Shown here: positions 19,288 to 28,919 of the stretch, in pieces | Numbering within the stretch: the stretch's first letter is position 1 | Layout of the letters: every line of letters starts with the position of its first letter | Assembly: GCA_035687145.1 (NCBI GenBank) | Contig: DASRYM010000039.1 | Span: 1,219 to 65,218 of the forward strand | Reading direction: 5' to 3' | From: Candidatus Zixiibacteriota bacterium | Lineage (GTDB): Bacteria > Chloroflexota > Limnocylindria > QHBO01 | Length of the DNA: 64,000 nucleotides | Program-made: the position numbers and the translations under genes | Notes under the pieces: model-generated | Database searches by the model: none | The model's input: the letters and a program-made list of their open reading frames with translations, nothing else | What the model was told of the DNA's origin: nothing

Positions 19288-20514
19288 TCAGTCGGGGAAC
19301 GCCTCCGGACCGCGCTCCGACAGCTCTCGCGCGTGCGCGTCCGCGTCCTCCGGCGGCAGCCAGGAGTACGGGTAGCGCTCGTCCTCCAGCTCGGCGGCCT
19401 GGCGGGTGAGGTACAGCGGATGGAAGGTGTCGATCATCACCGCCAGCTCCTCGGTCGCTTCCTTGCCGATGCTGGCCTCCACCGTCCCCGGGTGCGGCCC
19501 GTGGGGGATCCCGGCCGGGTGCACAGTGAAGGAGGCGACGTCCACGCCGCGCCGGCTCATGAAGTTGCCGGCCACGTAGTAGATGACCTCGTCCGAGTTG
19601 ATGTTCGAGTGGTTGTATGGGGCTGGGATGGCCAGCGGGTGGTAGTCGAACTTGCGCGGCACGAAGCTGCAGATCACGAAGTTCCGCGGCTGGAAGGTGA
19701 GGTGCACCGGCGGCGGCTGGTGGATGCGCCCGGTGATCGGCTCGAAGTCGCCGATGTTGAAGGCGAAGGGCCACAGGTAGCCGTCCCAGCCGACCAGGTC
19801 GAAGGGATGGTGCCGGTAGTGGTATGGCGTCACCCGGTCGCGGCTGCGGACCTGGATCACGAACTCGCCCGTCTCCAGGTTGGGCGGCATCTCGTCCGGC
19901 GGGCGGATGTCGCGGTGGTAGTACGGCGAGTGCTCCAGCAGCTGCCCGTACTCGTTCCGGTAGCGGTGGGGCGGCTCGATCTCCGACGGGCACTCCAGCC
20001 ACAGCATGCGCTGCTGGCTCTGGTCATCGGGCACCAGGCGGTAGGTGGTGCCGATGGGGATGACCAGGTAGTCACCCGGGCCGTACGGGATGGGGCCGAA
20101 GATCGTCTCCAGCACGCCTGTGCCGGTGTGCACGAAGTACATCTCGTCGGCCACGCCGTTGCGGTAGTAGGTCTGCATCGGCTCGGCCGGGAGCACGACG
20201 CCGAAGGTGACATCGGCGTTGAAGAAGAGCGGGATGCGCCCGGTCAGGGCGTCGCCGCGCGGCGTCAGGTGCCCGGTGTTCACCAGGTGGTGGCGGTGCG
20301 GCGCCTTGCCCTCCGGGTCTGCCGGCTCGACGACGATCGGCGTCGGCGGGTCGATCTGGTGGGTCTGGGTCGGCGGCGTGTGGTGGTAGAGCAGCGAGGA
20401 GCGGCCGGCGAAGCCCTCCACGCCGAACAGCTCCTCGGCGTACAGGGCGCCGTCCTCGCGGCGGAACTGGGTGTGGCGCTTGTGCGGCACCTGGCCGCGC
20501 TGAACGTAGAACAC
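19288..20514 (-). CDS. hmgA: homogentisate 1,2-dioxygenase
   Basis: 408 aa with the HGD-typical YYRNGVADEMYFVHTGTGVLETIFG region. GTG start with a GAGGA RBS. Confidence 0.85.
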   Translation of the reverse strand: MFYVQRGQVPHKRHTQFRREDGALYAEELFGVEGFAGRSSLLYHHTPPTQTHQIDPPTPIVVEPADPEGKAPHRHHLVNTGHLTPRGDALTGRIPLFFNADVTFGVVLPAEPMQTYYRNGVADEMYFVHTGTGVLETIFGPIPYGPGDYLVIPIGTTYRLVPDDQSQQRMLWLECPSEIEPPHRYRNEYGQLLEHSPYYHRDIRPPDEMPPNLETGEFVIQVRSRDRVTPYHYRHHPFDLVGWDGYLWPFAFNIGDFEPITGRIHQPPPVHLTFQPRNFVICSFVPRKFDYHPLAIPAPYNHSNINSDEVIYYVAGNFMSRRGVDVASFTVHPAGIPHGPHPGTVEASIGKEATEELAVMIDTFHPLYLTRQAAELEDERYPYSWLPPEDADAHARELSERGPEAFPD

Positions 20515-20716
20515 TGGCGATCCTCGTAGCCCCGTGTGGTGCTGGCACCGATTCTAGGCCCCACGGGCCACCGCTCCTCCGCGGCACGACGCATGCGCGC
20601 ATCTTCGGCCTGTCGCGGCCTGCGCGCCGTCACGACTTGCGTCTCGACGCAAGCAGTGCCATACTGAAAATAGTTGCGCGAGCAATTACCAGAGCGACAT
20701 CGGGAGGAGAACGACG

Positions 20717-21331
20717 ATGCGAGTGGCAGTCATCGGGGTGGGCAACGTGGGCAGCGCGCTGGCGCGCAAGCTCGAGGCCGCCGGGCATGACGTGGTGGTG
20801 GCGGCCTCGTCCGCCGAGAGCGCCGAGCGGGCGGCCAAGGGCCTGGACTGCGAGCCGGCCTCCACGCCGGCCGAGGCGGCCCAGAACGCGGAGGCGGTGA
20901 TCCTGGCCGTCCCGGCCGGAGCGCTGGACGAGGTGGCCTCCGAGATCCGACCGCACGTGACCGGCAAGCCGGTGGTGGACGTCAGCAACGGGCCGCAGGC
21001 GGTCCAGGAGGGGCGCAGCCTGGCCGAGGACCTACAGGCCAAGCTGCCCGAGGCCAACGTGGTCAAGGCCTTCAACACGGCGTTCGCCTCGCGGATGGCC
21101 GATCCCGACGCAGACGGCCAGGCGCTGGACGGCTACCTGGCCGGTGACGACGCCGAAGCGAAGCAGACGGTCGCCCGGCTGGTCGGCGACGTCGGGTTCG
21201 AGCCGGTGGATGTCGGCGAGCTGAAGTTCGCCCGTGCCCTGGAGGGCATGGCCTGGATCAACATCAGCCTGAACATGGCCAACAACTGGCCGTGGAAGTC
21301 CGGCTGGAAGCTGCTGGCCAAGACCGGATAG
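20717..21331 (+). CDS. npdG: NADPH-dependent F420 reductase (F420_oxidored family)
   Basis: MRVAVIGVGNVGSALARKL Rossmann N-terminus and family-typical C-terminus. GGAGGAG RBS. Confidence 0.75.
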   Translation: MRVAVIGVGNVGSALARKLEAAGHDVVVAASSAESAERAAKGLDCEPASTPAEAAQNAEAVILAVPAGALDEVASEIRPHVTGKPVVDVSNGPQAVQEGRSLAEDLQAKLPEANVVKAFNTAFASRMADPDADGQALDGYLAGDDAEAKQTVARLVGDVGFEPVDVGELKFARALEGMAWINISLNMANNWPWKSGWKLLAKTG

Positions 21332-21458
21332 CGCCGGCCCGTTCATGGGCCGCTGGCCCCGCCGTGCGCGGGGCCGATCGCGCGGCGGCCACCCGGAGGC
21401 GGGGGGAACCGGGGAGCCGCCGCCCGATGTGGTTGCCGCCCGCTGGGCGGCCGACCGC

Positions 21459-22187
21459 CTAGCGCTCGGCGCGGCGCTCCAGGGCGGGGACGTCGGTCAC
21501 GATCAGCCGCTCGCGCTCCACGCGGATCAGCCCCTCGTCGATGAGGTCGGCCAGCAGGCGGTTCACGCTCTGCCGCGTGCCGCCGATCATGGCCGCCAGG
21601 TCGCTCTGGGTGTAGGGCCAGTCCAGCTCCACCGGGCCGATGTCGCGGCCGGCGGCGCCGGGCCCGGTGCGGGCCTCCAGCTCCTGGCGGGCCAGCTGCG
21701 CCAGCCGGGCGGCGAGCCGCCCGGCGAGGTCCAGGAAGTGGAGCTCCTCCACGTGGCGGGTGGTGCGCCGCAGCAGCGCCGCCAGGCTGGCGAACAGGGT
21801 GTCGCGAAGCTCCGGGTGCTGGTTGACCAGCTCGCGGAAGACGTCGCCCGGCAGGGTCAGCGTGTCGGTCTGCTCCACGGCGATGGCGCTGGCGGAGCGC
21901 GGCTTGCTGTCGATGAGGGCCAGCTCCCCGAAGAAGTCGCCGGCGCGCAGGGTGGCAATGATCGCCTCCTCCCCCTCCGGCGAGGGCAGGACGATCTTCA
22001 CCGCGCCGTCGACGATGACGTGCAGCGCGTCGCCCGGGTCGCCCTGGTGGAAGATCACCTCGTTGCGGCGGAAGTGGCGATGGCGCAGCCGGCGCCCGAC
22101 CTCGGCCAGCACCGGTTCCGGACAGGGGGCGAAGAGCGGGCAACCCCGCAGCGCCTCGAGCGCCGCCTGGTCGTCGAGCGTGGTCAT
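21459..22187 (-). CDS. Crp/Fnr family transcriptional regulator
   Basis: cNMP-binding domain (GDFFGELALI) plus a C-terminal HTH (RQSVNRLLADL). Confidence 0.8.
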   Translation of the reverse strand: MTTLDDQAALEALRGCPLFAPCPEPVLAEVGRRLRHRHFRRNEVIFHQGDPGDALHVIVDGAVKIVLPSPEGEEAIIATLRAGDFFGELALIDSKPRSASAIAVEQTDTLTLPGDVFRELVNQHPELRDTLFASLAALLRRTTRHVEELHFLDLAGRLAARLAQLARQELEARTGPGAAGRDIGPVELDWPYTQSDLAAMIGGTRQSVNRLLADLIDEGLIRVERERLIVTDVPALERRAER

Positions 22188-22223
22188 GGGTGCGCCTGAG
22201 TGTAGCCACTACACTCGCCACCC

Positions 22224-23336
22224 ATGAACGCCGAGCCCGCGACCGAGCCCGCTGCCGTGTGCGTCTTCCGGACTGATGCCCACCTGGGCCACGACGGGTT
22301 GATCGAGCTGGTTGCCGGTCGCGAGGTCCCCTGCTGGGAGTCCCCGCGGCGCGCGATGGAGATCGAGCGGGCGCTGCGGGCCCACGGCGGCTTCCGCGTC
22401 CTGGAGCCGCGCGCGTTCGGCCGCGGCCCGATCCTGGCAATTCACGATTCCGAGCTGCTGGACGCGGTCGACCGGGCGTGGACCGATGCCGTGGCCGCCG
22501 GCCACGACCCGTCCCGCGCCTACATCCCGGACACCTTCCGCCTGGACGGCTACGCGGGACCGATGTCGCCGCTGCCACTCCCCGATGCCGCGCACCTGCG
22601 GCTGGGGGCGTTCTGCTTCGACACCGCCACGCCCGTCGTGGCGGGCACGGCGGCCGCGGCCTACGCGTCCGTGGACGTGGCGCTCTCCGCCGCCGCTGCC
22701 GTTGCGGGCGGTGACGGGCCGCTGGCCTACGGGCTGTGCCGGCCGCCGGGGCACCACGCCGCGCGGCGCATGCTGGGCGGCTACTGCTACTTCAACAACG
22801 CGGCCATCGTGGCCGAGTGGCTGCGCCGCGAGGCCGGCGCGCGCCGGGTCGCCATCGTCGACGTCGACTACCACCACGGGAACGGCACGCAGCAGATCTT
22901 CTGGGAGCGGGCCGACGTGCTGTACGTCTCGCTCCACGGCGACCCGGCGCGCGCCTACCCCTACTTCTCCGGATCGACGGCGGAGCGCGGCGGCGGCGCG
23001 GGGACGGGCTTCACCCACAACGTCCCGCTGCCGGCGCGCACCACCGGTGACGCGTACGCGACTGCCCTGGCCCGGGCGCTGGACCGGGTGGCGGCCTTTG
23101 ACCCGGACGCGCCGCTGGTCGTCAGCCTCGGCTTCGACACCTTCGAGCGCGACCCGATCAGCGACCTGGCGCTGACCACCGACGACTACACGGGGGTGGG
23201 TCGCCTCATCGGCCGCACGGCCGCCGCGGGCGGGGCGCGGTCGGTGGTGGCACTCCAGGAGGGCGGCTACGCGCTGGACGCCATCGGCGCCAACGCGGTT
23301 GCCTTCCTCACCGGCCTGCAGGAGGGGCTGCGCTAG
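22224..23336 (+). CDS. histone deacetylase family protein (acetoin utilization AcuC / acetylpolyamine amidohydrolase-like)
   Basis: RPPGHHA and DVDYHHGNGTQ HDAC catalytic motifs. Confidence 0.8.
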   Translation: MNAEPATEPAAVCVFRTDAHLGHDGLIELVAGREVPCWESPRRAMEIERALRAHGGFRVLEPRAFGRGPILAIHDSELLDAVDRAWTDAVAAGHDPSRAYIPDTFRLDGYAGPMSPLPLPDAAHLRLGAFCFDTATPVVAGTAAAAYASVDVALSAAAAVAGGDGPLAYGLCRPPGHHAARRMLGGYCYFNNAAIVAEWLRREAGARRVAIVDVDYHHGNGTQQIFWERADVLYVSLHGDPARAYPYFSGSTAERGGGAGTGFTHNVPLPARTTGDAYATALARALDRVAAFDPDAPLVVSLGFDTFERDPISDLALTTDDYTGVGRLIGRTAAAGGARSVVALQEGGYALDAIGANAVAFLTGLQEGLR

Positions 23337-24766
23337 GACGCGGCCAGGATCTCGGCCAGGCCCCTCGGGTCGATGTTGCCGCCACTGATGACGATCACCC
23401 GGTGGTCATCCCCATCCGGCTGGGGAGCGGTGCCCGACAGGTGGGCCGCCATGGCGGCCGCGCCGGAGGGCTCGACCACCAACCGCGCGCCGGAGGCCAG
23501 GCGGCGGATGGCATCGGTCATGGCCTGCTCGCTGACGGTCACGATCTCGTCCATGTAGCGCCGCAGGTGGACGAAGGGCAGCCAGCCCAGGTGCTCGACG
23601 CGCAGGCCGTCAGCCGCGGTCCGCGTGGTGAGCGACGCATCCCAGTGGACGATCTCGCCGGCGGCCAGCGACTCCCTGGCGTCGGCGGCCAGCTCCGGCT
23701 CGACGCCGATGATCCGCGCCGACGGGACGAGCGACTTCACCGCGGTGGCGATCCCCGCCGACAACCCGCCGCCGCTCACCGGGATGAGCACGCTGGTCAC
23801 CTCGGGCAGGTCCTCGGCGATCTCCAGGCCGGCGGTGCCCTGCCCGGCGATGATCTCCGGGGCGTCGTACGGCTCGATCATCACGTGGCCGCGCTCCTCG
23901 ACGACCTGCCGCGCGACGGCGTGGCGCTCCTCGGACGAGGGGCCGGTGAAGATGATCTCGGCGCCGTCGCGCCGCACGCCCTCGACCTTGATCCGCGGCG
24001 CGCCCTCGGGCATGACGATCACGGCCTTCGTGCCCAGCAGCCGGGCGCAGCGGGCCACTGCCTGGGCGTGGTTGCCGGAAGAGTAGGTGACCACTCCCCG
24101 GGACCGCTCCGCGTCGGACAGCGAGGCGATGGCGTTGTAGGCGCCGCGCATCTTGAAGGCGCCGACCGGCTGCAGGCTTTCCGGCTTGAGCCAGGTGCGC
24201 TCGTCCCAGCGCAGCAGCGGGGTGCGCACCGCCGCTCCCCGGATCCGCTCGGCAGCCTGCCGGATCTCGTCGAGCGTGACCAGCACCAGGCCGTCGAGCT
24301 GGTCGGCATGCTCCTCCAGGTGGGCCACGATGAACTCGTCCACCATCCGCGACACCGGCATCTCCCCGCGGGTGGGGTGGCGCCCGATGATGTCCCAGTC
24401 CTCCGGCTTCAGCTGCTGCAGGACCGATGACACCTGCGCCAGGTCCGCCGTCACTCGCCGCAGCAGCTCCCCGGGTGCTGTCCGCCGTTCGCGCTCGATG
24501 GCCGCCAGCCGGTTGGCATCGGTCTTCACGCGCCCGAACTGGGCCCCTGGCGAGGCGAGGACCGATTGGATCTGCGCCAGCCAGTAGGCCGGGAACTCGG
24601 CCAAGTGGGCCCACACCTGCCCCGCCTCCCAGCGCTCGGAGGCGCCGGGATCCGGATCGCTGAGGCGCGACGGAACGGGCCGCACGGCATGCTCCGCCAG
24701 CCGCCGCTCCACCCGCGCCATGCGTTCCAGGTAGCGCTCCACCTCGGCGCCGCGCGTCGTCGTCAT
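23333..24766 (-). CDS. fusion protein: N-terminal DinB_2/MDMPI-like domain plus C-terminal PLP-dependent threonine/serine dehydratase (catabolic type, no ACT domain)
   Basis: N-terminal 165 aa has DinB-like helices with WAHLAEF and an AHLEEH (HxxxH) motif. C-terminus has the RTPLL...QPVGAFKMRGA Lys-PLP motif and a GGGL loop. No stop or in-frame strong start between the two parts. Confidence 0.65.
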   Translation of the reverse strand: MTTTRGAEVERYLERMARVERRLAEHAVRPVPSRLSDPDPGASERWEAGQVWAHLAEFPAYWLAQIQSVLASPGAQFGRVKTDANRLAAIERERRTAPGELLRRVTADLAQVSSVLQQLKPEDWDIIGRHPTRGEMPVSRMVDEFIVAHLEEHADQLDGLVLVTLDEIRQAAERIRGAAVRTPLLRWDERTWLKPESLQPVGAFKMRGAYNAIASLSDAERSRGVVTYSSGNHAQAVARCARLLGTKAVIVMPEGAPRIKVEGVRRDGAEIIFTGPSSEERHAVARQVVEERGHVMIEPYDAPEIIAGQGTAGLEIAEDLPEVTSVLIPVSGGGLSAGIATAVKSLVPSARIIGVEPELAADARESLAAGEIVHWDASLTTRTAADGLRVEHLGWLPFVHLRRYMDEIVTVSEQAMTDAIRRLASGARLVVEPSGAAAMAAHLSGTAPQPDGDDHRVIVISGGNIDPRGLAEILAAS

Positions 24767-24779
24767 CGGTCCATCCCGG

Positions 24780-25796
24780 TCATCGGTCCATGCGTTCGAC
24801 CACCGGCGAGGTCAGGGCCCCGAGCCGTTCGACCGCCAGCGTCACCTCATCACCGGGCTCCAGCCATCGTCCGAGGGTCTCGTCCTTGATCTCCAGCAGG
24901 CACCCGGTGCCCACCGTCCCGCTGCCCAGGAGGTCGCCGGGCCGCAGCCGGACGTCGGCCGACGCCCGCGCCACCATCTCGCCGAAGCTGAACGCGACGC
25001 TCGCCCACGACCCGCGGCTGGTCTCCACCCCGTTGACCGTGGCGGTCATGGTCAGGTCGTAGCCTTTCCCCTTTCGGGCATCGGCCAGCTCGTCCGGGGT
25101 GACCAGCCATGGACCGATGCTGGTGGCGAAGTCCTTCCCCTTCGCTGGCCCCAAACGGACCGTCGTCTCCTCGCGCTGCAGGTCGCGGGCGCTCCAGTCG
25201 TTCATGACCATGAAGCCGCCGATGGCCTCCTCGCCGCGCTCCGCGTCCAGGTCGCGGACCGGCGTGTCGATCAGGGCCGCCACCTCCAGCTCGTAGTCCA
25301 GTTCGCTCGATGCCTTCGGACGCCACACTGGCTCCCCGGGCCCGCGGATCTCACTGACGTTGCTGAAGTAGAAGATCGGCAGCCGGTACCACGCCTCCGG
25401 CACGGTCCCGCCGCGACGCTCCCACATCGTGCGCACGTGCTGCTCGAAGGCGTAGAAGTCGCGCAGGCTCGGCGGGTTGAGGATCGGCGGCCCGAAGACG
25501 AGATCGGCCGCATCCAGGATCGCCTCATCATCGTCCGACGCGGCCGCGTAGGCCTCCACGATCTCGCGCAGCGCGTCCACCCGCAGCCCCCGTGCCAGGA
25601 GATCGTCCAGGGTGGTCACCGGCTGCCGAAACAGCGCCGAGTTGTGCGGCCGCCGCGGGTCCTCGACCACCAGCCCCCGGCGGACCGCCTCGAGGTCGAG
25701 CCAGCGCCGGGGCGCGTCGCCCCCGTCGCGCGCCACCGCCAGTCGCCACGGCGTGCCGGCCGCGGCGTGGCGCTCGCGAATGTGGGCGACCTTCAT
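24780..25796 (-). CDS. fumarylacetoacetate hydrolase (FAH) family protein
   Basis: 338-aa FAH-fold hydrolase. Probably the fumarylacetoacetase of the homogentisate pathway. Confidence 0.75.
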   Translation of the reverse strand: MKVAHIRERHAAAGTPWRLAVARDGGDAPRRWLDLEAVRRGLVVEDPRRPHNSALFRQPVTTLDDLLARGLRVDALREIVEAYAAASDDDEAILDAADLVFGPPILNPPSLRDFYAFEQHVRTMWERRGGTVPEAWYRLPIFYFSNVSEIRGPGEPVWRPKASSELDYELEVAALIDTPVRDLDAERGEEAIGGFMVMNDWSARDLQREETTVRLGPAKGKDFATSIGPWLVTPDELADARKGKGYDLTMTATVNGVETSRGSWASVAFSFGEMVARASADVRLRPGDLLGSGTVGTGCLLEIKDETLGRWLEPGDEVTLAVERLGALTSPVVERMDR

Positions 25797-25844
25797 GCCG
25801 CCCGAGTCTACGGACTACGGCGCATGCCTGCTGAACCTTCGCAA

Positions 25845-25865
25845 GTGTTCGGATCATTCGAACAC
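25845..25865. repeat. palindromic element copy (GTGTTCGGATCATTCGAACAC)
   Basis: Member of a dispersed 21-27 bp palindrome family, in the divergent FAH/LLM promoter region. Confidence 0.8.
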
Positions 25866-25902
25866 GTTCACCGCATCAGCCGGGCGGGCGACGCGCACCG
25901 AA

Positions 25903-25923
25903 GTGTTCCGATCATCCGAACAA
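25903..25923. repeat. palindromic element copy (GTGTTCCGATCATCCGAACAA)
   Basis: Second copy 58 bp downstream of the first, upstream of the LLM oxidoreductase. Confidence 0.8.
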
Positions 25924-25981
25924 TCTGGCCTGGGGTGGCCTGCCGGAGACCCGGAGCGGCCACCGCTAGAATCGGTTGAGC

Positions 25982-27004
25982 GTGAAACGGATCGGCTTCC
26001 TGTCGTTCGGCCACTGGTCGGACTCTCCGTATTCGAAGGTGCGCTCGGCGTCTGACGCCCTCCACCAGTCGATCGAGCTCGCGATCGCCGCCGAGGAGCT
26101 GGGCGCCGACGGCGCCTACTTCCGCGTCCACCACTTCGCGCAGCAGCTCGCCTCGCCGTTCCCCCTGCTGGCGGCCGTCGGCGCGCGGACCACGCGAATC
26201 GAGATCGGCACCGCCGTCATCGACATGCGGTACGAGAACCCGTTCTACATGGTGGAGGATGCGGGGGCGGCCGACATCATCGCCAACGGCCGCCTGCAGC
26301 TGGGGATCAGCCGCGGGTCGCCGGAGCAGGTCATCGACGGCTACCGCTACTTCGGCTACATCCCGGCCGAGGGCGAGGACGACGGCGACATGGCGCGCCG
26401 CCACGCGCAGGTCTTCCTGCAGCTCCTATCGGGTGAGGGTTTCGCCGAGCCGAATCCCAGGCCGATGTTTCCCAACCCGCCCGGCCTGCTGCGGCTGGAA
26501 CCGCACTCGCACGGCCTGCGCGACCGGATCTGGTGGGGCGCCGGCTCGAACGCGACCGCTGCCTGGGCGGCCACGCTGGGGATGAACATGATGACCTCGA
26601 CCCTGAAGTTCGACGAGTCGGGGCAGCCGCTGCACATCCAGCAGGCCGAGCAGATCGAGGCCTTCCGCGAAGCCTGGCGGGGGGCCGGCCACCACCGCGA
26701 GCCGCGGGTATCGGTCAGCCGCAGCATCTTCCCGCTGGTCGACGACCGCGACCGGCTCTACTTCGGGCACGGCCGGGAGGACACCGATCACATCGGCTAC
26801 CTGGACGAGAAGACGAGGGCCGTCTTCGGCCGCACCTACGCCGATGAGCCCGATCGGCTGGTCGAGCAGCTGCGCGCCGACACCGCCGTCGCGGCCGCCG
26901 ACACGCTGCTGCTGACCATCCCGAACCAGCTCGGCGTGGACTACAACGCCCACGTCATCGAGTCGGTGCTGCGCTACGTGGCGCCGGAGCTGGGCTGGCG
27001 CTAG
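25982..27004 (+). CDS. LLM class flavin-dependent (possibly F420-dependent) oxidoreductase
   Basis: Luciferase-like monooxygenase fold (VKRIGFLSFGHW...). GTG at 25982 or TTG at 25976. TAGAAT -10-like hexamer directly upstream. Confidence 0.75.
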   Translation: MKRIGFLSFGHWSDSPYSKVRSASDALHQSIELAIAAEELGADGAYFRVHHFAQQLASPFPLLAAVGARTTRIEIGTAVIDMRYENPFYMVEDAGAADIIANGRLQLGISRGSPEQVIDGYRYFGYIPAEGEDDGDMARRHAQVFLQLLSGEGFAEPNPRPMFPNPPGLLRLEPHSHGLRDRIWWGAGSNATAAWAATLGMNMMTSTLKFDESGQPLHIQQAEQIEAFREAWRGAGHHREPRVSVSRSIFPLVDDRDRLYFGHGREDTDHIGYLDEKTRAVFGRTYADEPDRLVEQLRADTAVAAADTLLLTIPNQLGVDYNAHVIESVLRYVAPELGWR

Positions 27005-28140
27005 AGGTTGCCGCGGCGCGCCTGCTCGCGCTCGATGGCCTCGAACAGCGCCTTGAAGTTGCCGACCCCGAAGCCGCGCGAGCCGTGGCGCTCGATGATC
27101 TCGAAGAAGAAGGTCGGGCGGTCCTGCACCGGCCTGGTGAAGATCTGGAGGAGGTAGCCCTCCTCGTCGCGATCGGCCTCGATGCCGAGCTCCTCGAGGA
27201 CGTCCATCGGCACACCGACGTCGCCGACCCGCTCGGGGAGCGACTCGTAGTAGGCGTGCGGCAGGCCCAGGAACTCCACTCCCCGTTCCCGCAGGGCGCG
27301 GACGGTCCCCACGATGTCCTCGGTGCGCAGCGCGATGTGCTGGGTGCCGGCGTCCAGGTAGTAGTCCAGGAACTCCTGGATCTGGCTCTTGCGCTTGCCG
27401 GTGGCGGGCTCGTTGATGGGGAACTTGATGCGGCCGTTCCCGTTCTGCATCACCTTGCTCATCAGCGCCGAGTACTCGGTGTGGATCACCTTGTCGTCGT
27501 AGTGGATGAGCTGGCTGAAGCCCAGGACGTTCCGGTAGAACTCGACAAACCGGTCCATGTCGCCGAGGGCGACGTTACCGACGCAGTGGTCGACCTCCAG
27601 GAGGCTCTGGCCACTCCCCGCCGGCCCGGGATTCCTGATGCGGTGATACCCCGGCGCGAACGTGCCGTGGTAGTCGCGCCGGTCGACGAAGCTGTGGATC
27701 ACCTCGCCGTAGGTGTGGATCGCGCTCTTGCGCAGCACGCCCTTCTGGCCCTCGATGGCCGTCGGTTCCAGGGCCGAGCGCGCCCCGCGTGACGTGGTCT
27801 CGCGCCACGCCGCCTCCACGTCGTCGACGGCGAAGGCGATGTCGTGCACCCCGTCTCCGTGCTTGTGGACGTGGGCCGCGATCTCGCTGTCGGGGGAGAG
27901 GGGCGCGGTGAACACGAATCGGATGTCGTTCTGCACCAGCACGTAGCTGGCGCGGTCACGCACGCCGGTCTCGAGCCCGGCGTAGGCCACCGGGGTGAAG
28001 CCCCACAGGGTGCGGTAGTAGGCCGCGGCCTGCTTGGCGTTCCCCACCCAGAACTCGATGTAGTCGATGCCCTTGAGCGGGAGGAAGTCCTCGTTCTGGC
28101 CCTCGGCGACCGCGTCGGGCTTGACGGCGATATCGGTCAT
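27001..28140 (-). CDS. hppD: 4-hydroxyphenylpyruvate dioxygenase
   Basis: Two VOC modules with the HPPD C-terminal signature FFFEIIERHGSRGFGVGNFKALFEAIEREQ. The ATG at 28140 overlaps the TGA of deoD (ATGA). Confidence 0.85.
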   Translation of the reverse strand: MTDIAVKPDAVAEGQNEDFLPLKGIDYIEFWVGNAKQAAAYYRTLWGFTPVAYAGLETGVRDRASYVLVQNDIRFVFTAPLSPDSEIAAHVHKHGDGVHDIAFAVDDVEAAWRETTSRGARSALEPTAIEGQKGVLRKSAIHTYGEVIHSFVDRRDYHGTFAPGYHRIRNPGPAGSGQSLLEVDHCVGNVALGDMDRFVEFYRNVLGFSQLIHYDDKVIHTEYSALMSKVMQNGNGRIKFPINEPATGKRKSQIQEFLDYYLDAGTQHIALRTEDIVGTVRALRERGVEFLGLPHAYYESLPERVGDVGVPMDVLEELGIEADRDEEGYLLQIFTRPVQDRPTFFFEIIERHGSRGFGVGNFKALFEAIEREQARRGNL

Positions 28141-28883
28141 GGTGCCCCGATTGTAGTGGCGTGCAGCACGACGTCGATCATCCGCTCCACCGCCGCGTTC
28201 AGATCGTCCTGCGAGAGGTACGTCTCCTCCGAGGTCGCTTCCTCGGAGAGCACGTCGGACACGACCAGCGCACATGCCGCCTGCGCCCCCTCTCGAGCGG
28301 CCAGGTAGAACAGTGCCGATGCCTCCATCTCGAAGGCCAGCACGCCGCGCGCGCGCCAGCGCGAGGCGTAGTCCGGATCGGTGTTGTAGAAGACGTCCAC
28401 CGAGGCCACCTGACCGACGTGAGCGGGCACCCCGGCCTCCTCTGCCGCGTGCACCAGGGCGTGGGTCAGCGCGAAGTCCGCTGTCGGCGCATAGGGCTCG
28501 CCGTGCAGGTACGTGCGCGTGGCTCCGTCGGTCGGCGCCGCCGAGGTGGCGATCACCAGGTCGCCGGTCTTCACGCCCGGGGCGATGCCGCCGCAGGTCC
28601 CCACCCGGATCAGCTGCTTCGCGCCGAGGCGCAGCAGCTCCTCGACCACGATCGACAGGCTCGGCGTGCCCATTCCCGTGGTCTGGACGCTGACCGGCCG
28701 ACCACCGACCGTGCCGGTGAACCCCAGCAGGCCCCGATGGGCGTTGACCTGGCGCGCACCTCCGTCGCTCCCGACGCCCCCATCGAACCGCTCGGCGATG
28801 CGTCGCGCCCGGTTGGGGTCGCCCGGAAGCATGACCAGAGGCGCGTAGTCACCGGGCTCGGCGTGCAGGTGGATCTGTGGCAT
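28137..28883 (-). CDS. deoD: purine nucleoside phosphorylase, DeoD type
   Basis: MPQIHLHAEPGDYAPLVMLPGDPNRARRIAE aligns with the E. coli DeoD N-terminus. Confidence 0.8.
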   Translation of the reverse strand: MPQIHLHAEPGDYAPLVMLPGDPNRARRIAERFDGGVGSDGGARQVNAHRGLLGFTGTVGGRPVSVQTTGMGTPSLSIVVEELLRLGAKQLIRVGTCGGIAPGVKTGDLVIATSAAPTDGATRTYLHGEPYAPTADFALTHALVHAAEEAGVPAHVGQVASVDVFYNTDPDYASRWRARGVLAFEMEASALFYLAAREGAQAACALVVSDVLSEEATSEETYLSQDDLNAAVERMIDVVLHATTIGAP

Positions 28884-28919
28884 GCGGCTAGGGTACGTCA
28901 CCCTGCGCCGGTCCACCTG

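Noticed and set aside
18800-20002. 400-aa minus ORF treated as one gene
   Set aside because: Only the last 131 aa (Hsp20 domain) are gene-like. Upstream portion is Arg/Pro/Gly-rich read-through overlapping the 3' end of hmgA in another frame.
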